In this document: one piece after another, positions 56,428-64,000 of the stretch
Layout of the letters: each line of letters opens with the position of its first letter
How positions within the stretch are numbered: position 1 is the first letter of the stretch
NCBI GenBank assembly: GCA_963772865.1
Contig: CAVYZA010000034.1
Coordinates: 291,550-355,549 of the forward strand
From: an uncultured beta proteobacterium
GTDB taxonomy: Bacteria > Pseudomonadota > Gammaproteobacteria > Burkholderiales > SHXO01
DNA: 64,000 nt
Direction: 5' to 3'
The notes under the pieces: generated by a model
What the model was told of the DNA's origin: nothing
Databases searched by the model: none
Seen by the model: the letters and a program-made list of their open reading frames with translations, nothing else
Made by a program: the position numbers and the translations under genes

Positions 56428-58359
56428 TCACCCGATCCACGACCACACCATCAGGCGCAGCCAGCCGTACACGCGGTGGGTGAGGATCCACAGCAGCGAG
56501 CGCGAGCCGGCCTCGATCTTGGCCACGCCCATCAAGCCCGGCCGCAGCTCGGCGTCCTTGACCTGGAGCTTCGCCTCGACCTCGAAGTAGTTGCGGCCCT
56601 GCCCGGCGGTGGCCACGGGCGTGATGCGATCCACCACCAGGGGGCGTGCATCCCCGGGCAGCGCGGTGAGCGCCAGGCTGCCGGGCTGTCCGGTGTGAAC
56701 ATCGCCGACGTCGCGCTCGTCGACCTCGACGATGACGCGGAAATCGTGCTCGGGCGCGAGCGTCATCAGGGAATCGCCCTTCTTGACCGGTGCACCCAGG
56801 GTTTGCGTGAGGTCTCCGGTGATCACAATGCCGTCGAAGGGGGCCGTGAGCTTTACGCGCTGGAGCTGGATCTCCGTCAACTGCTGTTGCGCGCGCGCCT
56901 CTTCCAGCTTGGCGAAGATGATGCCGACCTCGGTACGGTCCTGCTTGGTCAGCGCGGCGCCGTAGGAGCTCTCAAGCTGCGCGACCGCGCTCTGCGCCTT
57001 GCGCTGCTCCAGCTTCAAGTCCTCGTCGGCCAGCTCGGCCAGCAGCTGGCCGGCCTTGACGCGGTCTCCAGGGCGCACGTACGCCTGCTTGAGATAGCCG
57101 TCGCCGGGTGCCACCATGACGCGCTGGATCGAGCCTTCCAGGCGGGCAGGCGCGCTGACCCGGTAGTCGCCGGGAATGAAGGCAGCGGCAATCAGCGCGA
57201 CCAGCGCTGAACCCACGCCAATCTTGAGTGCGCGGTGGCCGGGACCGAACAGCGGAGCCACCGCTTCGCCCAGCGCGCTCACGATCTTCAGCGGCCACGG
57301 CCGGTCGGACGCATGCTTGCGCTCGATCAAGGGGCCGAGCAGCGCACCGATGTTCTCGCACAGCGTGAACTCGGTGCGGGTCAGTTGCTCGGTCCGATTG
57401 CGCTCGAACATCATCGCGCCGACGGCTTTGCCATTCTTCACCAGCAGCACCGTGCAGATCGCCTGTGCACCGTGGCGCTGGGCGAGCGTGGTATGCGCTC
57501 GATCCACGCGCGGCTGTGCGCCCTCGGGCTGCGGGAACAGCAAGGTGGAGCCCTGCCAGATGGTCTCTTCCATGGCGGCGCCGATATCGCGCAGCAGGCC
57601 CTGGTTGGCCTTGAATTCGGTGCTGTGCGACAGGGCGTGCACCTTGACGTGGCGGCGCCCCATGAGACCCACGCTCACACGGTCGCAGGCAAAGATCTCC
57701 GCCAGCTCGGTGGCGAAGGCCCCGGCGCCCGCCGTGAAGTCGTCGTGCGCCTCGATAGTCGCCAGCAGATGCAGCAGGCGCACCGAGTTGGGCGCCGGCA
57801 TTTCCTGGGTCTTGTCCGGATCGTTGTGCGCACCGGACGGCGCTTTGAGGGTCGCGGCAGGCATGGGCTGAGGAACCGAAGGAATGGATCGGGCCGGAAA
57901 TTGCGGAGTAGATGCGGTGGATGCGTAGTTCTGCGCGGCTGCGCTGGCAGCGGCCTTCGCCGCTGGCAAGCTGGAGCGCATCGATGCTTCGAAGCTCTCG
58001 GCACCGCGCTGCAGGCTGGTGACGGCCGCCTGGGACGGCTGCGCCATCTGCGGGCTGAGCAGCACCGCGAGCGCACCGATGGTCTTGCCCTTGACCTGCA
58101 GCGGGCAGGAGATCAGCGGCCCGACCGGCGTAGGGCGTTCGGCGCCGTTCAGCCGGTCCTGCGCTTGCGTTTGCTGGCGCTCGAAGGCGACCTTGGCGGC
58201 GTCTTCCAGCTCCTGCGTGGCGCGCCCGCCCGGCGGCCAGGACGCTGCGGAGGACAGACCGCCGTCGCGGCGCGATGCAAGCATCACGACGCCACGGGTG
58301 GCGCCGTTGATCTGGCCGCACTGGCTCTCGAGCCAGTCCTGGATGACCGTCTGCTGCAT
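56428..58359 (-). CDS. GAF-domain + TM + HlyD-type periplasmic adaptor protein
   Basis: 643 aa. The cytoplasmic N-terminus has GAF-like segments (FATELAEIFACDRVSVGL...AICTVLLVKNGKAVGAMMFER). The TM helix is IGVGSALVALIAAAFI. The HlyD pattern follows (GYLKQAYVRPGDRVKAGQLLAEL, coiled coil, LTAPFDGIVI). There is a C-terminal hydrophobic helix. Confidence 0.8.
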   Translation of the reverse strand: MQQTVIQDWLESQCGQINGATRGVVMLASRRDGGLSSAASWPPGGRATQELEDAAKVAFERQQTQAQDRLNGAERPTPVGPLISCPLQVKGKTIGALAVLLSPQMAQPSQAAVTSLQRGAESFEASMRSSLPAAKAAASAAAQNYASTASTPQFPARSIPSVPQPMPAATLKAPSGAHNDPDKTQEMPAPNSVRLLHLLATIEAHDDFTAGAGAFATELAEIFACDRVSVGLMGRRHVKVHALSHSTEFKANQGLLRDIGAAMEETIWQGSTLLFPQPEGAQPRVDRAHTTLAQRHGAQAICTVLLVKNGKAVGAMMFERNRTEQLTRTEFTLCENIGALLGPLIERKHASDRPWPLKIVSALGEAVAPLFGPGHRALKIGVGSALVALIAAAFIPGDYRVSAPARLEGSIQRVMVAPGDGYLKQAYVRPGDRVKAGQLLAELADEDLKLEQRKAQSAVAQLESSYGAALTKQDRTEVGIIFAKLEEARAQQQLTEIQLQRVKLTAPFDGIVITGDLTQTLGAPVKKGDSLMTLAPEHDFRVIVEVDERDVGDVHTGQPGSLALTALPGDARPLVVDRITPVATAGQGRNYFEVEAKLQVKDAELRPGLMGVAKIEAGSRSLLWILTHRVYGWLRLMVWSWIG

Positions 58360-58639
58360 GGACCGTTGGGTAGCGCCTGCGCTGGATCGCGCGTTCTGCG
58401 TTGCCGGGTGGCAGCGCTTCGGCCCATTGCGTCTGCAAGCTTTGTGCCGATGGCGGCGAGCCGCGTGCTTGACCGCGGTTTGACAGTTGACAATCGAATG
58501 CAGGTGAGCGGGCGCGCGGGATCTTTCACAATCCTTGCGCCCGCCGCAGTCGCCCCCGGCGAAAGGGCCGACGCGTTGCGTCAGATCAGGCTGTGTCGCC
58601 TGTGCACAACCGCAGCGCCCGCGCCGAATCCAAGCGCGG

Positions 58640-59398
58640 CTACTGCGCGCACCAGCCCCCGTCCATGAGCACGTCGTTGCCTGTCATGAACGCGGCCGCG
58701 TCGGAGCAGATATACAGCGCAAGTGAGGCGATCTCTTCTGGCGTGCCCCAGCGCTTCATCGGCGTCAATGCCATCAATGCCGCATTCTTGGCGGGGTCCG
58801 CGCGCACCGGGGCCGTGAGATCCGTGGCGACAAAGCCCGGGCTGATCGCGACGCAGGTGATGCCCTCCTCCACCAACTCCAGCGCCAGCGCTTTGGTCAG
58901 CCCGGCTACCGCATGCTTGGTAGCGGAATATACGCCGCGCCCGGCAGTGGAGACGTGCGCCATGATCGAGGTCAGGTTGATGATGCGCCCGTAGCCCTGC
59001 CCGCGCATGAGCGGCACGATGTACTTCGAGACGAGAAACACGCCCGTGATGTTGGTATCCGTGAGCGCGCGCCATTCCTCCAGAGAGAAGTCGACCACGT
59101 TCTTGCGGATGGCGGTGCCGGCGTTGTTCACCAGAATGTGCGCCTTGCCGTAGCGCGCCTTCACGTCCTCGGCGAGCTTCTTGACTTGCGCCTCCTCGCG
59201 CACGTCGCACAGGTACACCTCGGCCTGCGCGCCGGTCTTGCGCACCAGCTCGAGCGATTCCGCCAGCTTGGCCTTGTCGCGCCCAACCAGCGCCAGCTGC
59301 GCACCCGCACCGCCGAGCGCCAGTGCGATCTGACGCCCTATGCCCCGGCTGGCGCCCGTCACCACGGCCACTCGGCCTTCCAAAAATTTGGTATTCAT
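58640..59398 (-). CDS. Short-chain dehydrogenase/reductase (SDR) family oxidoreductase
   Basis: 252 aa. It has TGASRGIG (cofactor binding), NNAG, and the catalytic YSATK. Confidence 0.9.
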   Translation of the reverse strand: MNTKFLEGRVAVVTGASRGIGRQIALALGGAGAQLALVGRDKAKLAESLELVRKTGAQAEVYLCDVREEAQVKKLAEDVKARYGKAHILVNNAGTAIRKNVVDFSLEEWRALTDTNITGVFLVSKYIVPLMRGQGYGRIINLTSIMAHVSTAGRGVYSATKHAVAGLTKALALELVEEGITCVAISPGFVATDLTAPVRADPAKNAALMALTPMKRWGTPEEIASLALYICSDAAAFMTGNDVLMDGGWCAQ

Positions 59399-59578
59399 TC
59401 CGACTCCCTTCTAACCACAGAGGACATCGAGATCACAGAGACAAAACCGCCGGCTGGCACAACGCCGGCGCGCAGGAAGCGAGTGCTTCTCGGGTTGCGC
59501 ATGGCAGCTTCTCGGATTGCGCATGGCAGGCGGCTGCGCCATTGCGTCGATTCTAACGCGTGACGCCTTTGCGGTCGA

Positions 59579-60583
59579 TCAGGCGCCTGCACGCCGGAAC
59601 AGCCGGTTCCAGATCATCCGCAAGAAGCCCGCCACACCGGTGGGCATTGCATACGCGAACGCGATCATGAAGATGCCGTAGATCGCCCAGGGCGCGGCCT
59701 TGGAGATCTGGTCCGCGAAGTTCGGCACGAACTGGATGAACAGTGCACCCCACAACGCGCCGGTGATCGAGGCCAGACCACCGACGACGACGCCGATCAG
59801 GAAGTTGATCGACAGCACACCAGCGAAGCTGTCGGGCGCGACGAACTGCACGATGATTGCGCTCAACGCCCCGGCGATGCCGGTGTACAGAGCGCTCACG
59901 CCGAAGGCCATCGACTTGTAGAAACCGGTGTTGACCCCCATCGCCTCGGCCGCGATCGGGTGGTCGCGTATCGCCATCAAGGCCCGGCCGACCCGGCTGT
60001 GGATCAGGTTCCACGCCAGCACGAACAGCACGACCGCGATGGCCAGCGTGACGAAATAGAGCCACTTGTCCTGGCTGATCGGCAGGCCGGCCGGTGGATC
60101 CGGCTTGAGGATCACGATGCCCTGCACGCCACCGGTCCAGCCCTCGATCAGCTTGTACTTGAGGATCTGCGGCATCGCCACGGCCAGAGCGAACGTGGCG
60201 AGCGCGAGGTAATGCCCGTGCAGGCGCAGCGCAGGCAGGCCGAACAGGAACCCGAACACCAGGCACACCGCGCCGCCGACCGGGATCGTCGCCCAATAGG
60301 GCACGCCGAAGCGGTCCATCAGGATCGCTGCCGTATACGCGCCCAGCGCGTAGAAGGCCCCATGGCCGAGCGAGATCTGGCCGTTGTAGCCGGTGAGGAT
60401 GTTCAGCCCCATCAGCACGATCGCATAGACCAGCGCCTGGGTGAACTGAAAGGTCCGGTAGTCGCTGACCAGGAAAGGCAGCGCCGCAGCGGCGGCGATC
60501 AACACCAGCACACCGATCAGCCGCAGGCCGCGGTTGGCCGGCGCAACGACGGATGCTGGAAGGTCAGCCGCAACCATGCTCAC
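59579..60583 (-). CDS. Branched-chain amino-acid-type ABC transporter permease (LivM family)
   Basis: 334 aa, polytopic, with typical LivM-family sequence (GYNGQISLGHGAFYALGAYTAAIL). Confidence 0.9.
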   Translation of the reverse strand: MSMVAADLPASVVAPANRGLRLIGVLVLIAAAAALPFLVSDYRTFQFTQALVYAIVLMGLNILTGYNGQISLGHGAFYALGAYTAAILMDRFGVPYWATIPVGGAVCLVFGFLFGLPALRLHGHYLALATFALAVAMPQILKYKLIEGWTGGVQGIVILKPDPPAGLPISQDKWLYFVTLAIAVVLFVLAWNLIHSRVGRALMAIRDHPIAAEAMGVNTGFYKSMAFGVSALYTGIAGALSAIIVQFVAPDSFAGVLSINFLIGVVVGGLASITGALWGALFIQFVPNFADQISKAAPWAIYGIFMIAFAYAMPTGVAGFLRMIWNRLFRRAGA

Positions 60584-60586
60584 GCC

Positions 60587-61456
60587 TCACACCCTGGTAA
60601 CGAACACCCTGCCGAACAGCCCGGTCGGCTTGACCAGCAGCACCATCACGATCACCACCAGCGCGACGGTGAGCTTGAGCTCGGTCCCGATCACGAACGC
60701 GCCCATGACGTTCTCCAGCACGCCCACGATGAAGCCACCCACGACCGCGCCGCCGGGATTGTCGATGCCCCCGAGCAGCGCCGCGGCGAACGCATACAGC
60801 AGCACGCCCGACATCATGTTGGGATCGAGGTAGACGATGGGCGCGACCATCATCCCGGCGATCGCCCCGATGGCCGCGGCGAGCCCCCAGCCGAATGCCA
60901 GCATCCATCCCACGCGGATGCCTGCCAGCCGGCTCGATTCAGGATTCTGCGCCACCGCGCGCATCGCCAGCCCCAGAGGGGTGAACTGGAAGAACAGATA
61001 GAGCAGCACCAGCACTACAAGCGTCACACCGATTGCACCCAGCTCGTGCGCCGACATCAACCCGCCAAACACGGGATGCGCCGGGAACGGGCTGGGGAAG
61101 CTCTTGATGGTGTAGCTGTAAATCCAGCCCGCCACGCTGTTGAGAATCACCAGCAGGCCGATGAAGACGATGACGACCGTGAGCACCGGCGCGTGCTCCA
61201 CCGGCCGGATCAGGATGCGCTCGATCAGCATCCCGCCGACGAATGAGGCCGCGACGGTGATGATGAACGCCAGCCACCAGCTCAGTCCTCCATCGATCAG
61301 CGACCACGCCAGGTAGGTCGAGAACATCGCCATCTCGCCCTGGGCGAAGTTGATGTGGTGGGTGGACTGGTAGATCATCACCAGCGCCAGCGCCAGGCTG
61401 GCGTAGATCCCGCCCGTTGCCAGCCCCGACAAAACCTGATGCAGCAGTGCTTCCAT
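60587..61456 (-). CDS. Branched-chain amino-acid-type ABC transporter permease (LivH family)
   Basis: 289 aa. It reads MEALLHQVLSGLATGGIYASLALALVMIYQSTHHINFAQGEMAMF, the typical LivH N-terminus. Confidence 0.9.
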   Translation of the reverse strand: MEALLHQVLSGLATGGIYASLALALVMIYQSTHHINFAQGEMAMFSTYLAWSLIDGGLSWWLAFIITVAASFVGGMLIERILIRPVEHAPVLTVVIVFIGLLVILNSVAGWIYSYTIKSFPSPFPAHPVFGGLMSAHELGAIGVTLVVLVLLYLFFQFTPLGLAMRAVAQNPESSRLAGIRVGWMLAFGWGLAAAIGAIAGMMVAPIVYLDPNMMSGVLLYAFAAALLGGIDNPGGAVVGGFIVGVLENVMGAFVIGTELKLTVALVVIVMVLLVKPTGLFGRVFVTRV

Positions 61457-61469
61457 TGTGCCTAGCCGT

Positions 61470-62900
61470 TCAAATCACCGGCCGACGGTCGAACCACGGC
61501 CGGGCCTGTTCGAGCTGAGCGGACACGCGCAGCAAAGTGGCTTCGTCGGCGTAGCGGCCGATCAGCTGCACGCCGACGGGCAACCCCGCCGGCGTCCAGT
61601 GCAGGGGCAGCGTGACAGCCGGGTTGCCTGCCACGTTCACCATCGCCGTGAACGAGGTGAAGTACCCGACCTCGCGGCCGTACGCATCTGGATCATCGGT
61701 CATCATGCTGAAGGTGCCGATGCGCTGAGGCGGCTTGGGCAAGGTGGGCGTGAGGATCAGATCGAACGTCTCGAACAGTTTCGCGACCTGCCGGCCGGTG
61801 CGGTGCACGGCTACCACCGCACGCGCGTAGTCGGCCGCACTGCTCTGGGCGCCTGATTCGAAGAACAGCCGCGTGATCTTCTCCAGCTCGTCCGGGCCGG
61901 GAGAGCGGCCGATCTTCTGCGCGTACGCCTCGATGACCATGCGCTGATTGCCGGCGATGATCACCCGGAACGCCGGGCCGAAGCCTTCTTCGATGGCCGC
62001 CAGCTTCGTCGGCTCGACCAGATGACCCAGGCCCTCCAGCAGCTTGGCCGCGTCGCCCACAGCCTGCTCGCATTCCGGATCGATCGACTCGCCGGCTGCG
62101 GTGCGCGTCACCCAACCGATCCGCAGCCGCCCCGGTGCAACGCCCACCTCCTGCGCGAACGGCCGTTGCGGGGGCGGCGCAAAGTAAGGAGCCCCGACAT
62201 CGGGACCGCAGGTCACGTCCAGTAATGCCGCACTGTCGCGGACGCTGCGCGTGATGACGTGCTCGGTGGACATGCCCGACCAGCCTTCGCCACGGTCTGG
62301 GCCGTGCGGATTGCGCGCGCGCGTCGGCTTGAGCCCGAACAGCCCGCAGCACGAGGCCGGGATGCGGATCGAGCCGCCCCCGTCCGAGGCGTGGGCGGCG
62401 GGCAAGATGCCGGCCGCAACCGCAGCGGCTGCACCCCCGCTGGAACCGCCCGCCATGGTGTCGAGATTCCAGGGATTGCGCGTGGCGCCATGCAGCCTCG
62501 GCTCTGTGGTGACGGTGAGGCCGAACTCGGGCGTGTTGGTCTTGCCGAAGATGTTGAGCCCGCCACGCTTGTAGCGCGCCACCAGCTCGGTGTCGTGATC
62601 GGCACGATTGTCGGCGAAGAAGCGGCAGCCGTTGCTGGTGACCGTCCCGGCGAGCAGAGCGTTCAGATCCTTGAGGAGGAACGGCACCCCGGAAAACGGG
62701 CCCTGCGGCAGGCCGGCGCGCACCGCGGCACGCGCCTCATCGTAGTGACGCGCCACCACAGCGTTGATGCGCGGATTGACGGCTTCGGTGCGCGCGATCG
62801 CCGCATCGAGCAACTCCGCCGCGGACACCTGCCGCTCCCGCACCAGCTTCGCGAGCGCGGTAGCGTCGTAGCGATCGTAGTCCTTCATGACCTCACTCAT
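61470..62900 (-). CDS. Amidase-signature family amidase
   Basis: 476 aa. It carries the AS signature [14 protein letters not shown]...[13 protein letters not shown]. Confidence 0.9.
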   Translation of the reverse strand: MSEVMKDYDRYDATALAKLVRERQVSAAELLDAAIARTEAVNPRINAVVARHYDEARAAVRAGLPQGPFSGVPFLLKDLNALLAGTVTSNGCRFFADNRADHDTELVARYKRGGLNIFGKTNTPEFGLTVTTEPRLHGATRNPWNLDTMAGGSSGGAAAAVAAGILPAAHASDGGGSIRIPASCCGLFGLKPTRARNPHGPDRGEGWSGMSTEHVITRSVRDSAALLDVTCGPDVGAPYFAPPPQRPFAQEVGVAPGRLRIGWVTRTAAGESIDPECEQAVGDAAKLLEGLGHLVEPTKLAAIEEGFGPAFRVIIAGNQRMVIEAYAQKIGRSPGPDELEKITRLFFESGAQSSAADYARAVVAVHRTGRQVAKLFETFDLILTPTLPKPPQRIGTFSMMTDDPDAYGREVGYFTSFTAMVNVAGNPAVTLPLHWTPAGLPVGVQLIGRYADEATLLRVSAQLEQARPWFDRRPVI

Positions 62901-62918
62901 GGTCTGTGGTGTCTCGCG

Positions 62919-63632
<714 letters not shown>

Positions 63633-63699
63633 CAGTTGGCCGCCTCTACCGGGCGCCGCGAGCGTTGACCTGTGCCGGCGGAGTTTGCCACGCCGCCCC

Positions 63700-64000
63700 T
63701 CATGTACCCGCTCCCAGATACGCCCGGATCACCTCCGGATCCTGCTGCACTTCCTCGGGCGTGCCGTCGGCGATCTTCTTGCCGAAGTCCAGCGCCACGA
63801 CTTTGTCGGAGGTGCGCATCACCAGGTTCATGTGGTGCTCCACCAGCAGCACCGTCACGCCCAGGCGGTCGCGAATCCCGCGGATCACATCCATCAACCC
63901 TTCGACTTCGCTGTGGTTCAGGCCTGCCGCGGGTTCATCCAGCAGCAGCAGGCGCGGGCGGCTGGCGAGCCCCCGCGCCAGCTCGACTCGCTTTTGCACG
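63700..64000 (-). CDS. ABC transporter ATP-binding protein (LivG family), C-terminal part; N-terminus lies beyond the window end
   Basis: ..QKRVELARGLASRPRLLLLDEPAAGLNHSEVEGLMDVIRGIRDRLGVTVLLVEHHMNLVM.. The frame stays open to the window edge. Confidence 0.85.
   Translation of the reverse strand, partial: VQKRVELARGLASRPRLLLLDEPAAGLNHSEVEGLMDVIRGIRDRLGVTVLLVEHHMNLVMRTSDKVVALDFGKKIADGTPEEVQQDPEVIRAYLGAGT

Overview
Very GC-rich, proteobacterial-looking chromosomal segment. Every recognisable gene except one MFS transporter is on the minus strand. The edges hold ordinary metabolism and transport genes. At the low end: a TPP-dependent acetolactate-synthase-like gene, a disrupted LivK-type binding protein, a DUF3857/transglutaminase gene with a TPR gene, an MFS pump, an MsbA-type ABC exporter and an HD-domain protein. 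At the high end: an SDR and a Liv-type ABC operon with an embedded amidase. The centre (about 12.0-58.4 kb) is one co-directional island built around two giant multidomain surface-protein loci. Locus A spans 13.6-30.3 kb (about 5,500 codons) and locus B spans 37.0-51.7 kb (about 4,900 codons). Both giants share three things: an N-terminal leader (EEIEPRILYSADFAP) followed by DUF4347, a CSLREA/parallel beta-helix module, and a C-terminal TM module (SVG..W..R..LL.SLL.S.PAW...DP.PV). Neither has RTX, TPS or autotransporter signatures. Each giant locus is followed by a signalling gene with a paralogous 2-TM+PAS sensor: a GGEEF diguanylate cyclase after A, and a hybrid histidine kinase plus REC-GGDEF(degenerate)-EAL after B. 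Each is preceded by HlyD-type adaptor genes. Upstream of B lies a SecA paralogue, a PqqD-like/M50 site-2-protease/HlyD fusion and a GAF/HlyD protein. I read this as a candidate uncharacterised leader-dependent export and processing system for the giants, wired to c-di-GMP. That is inference only. Caveat: both giant loci and the SecA-like gene are broken by many 1-nt frame changes, whereas the neighbouring signalling genes are intact. Some breaks look like repeat-consensus artefacts, others could be real decay. I saw no rRNA, tRNA, CRISPR array, transposase or integrase.
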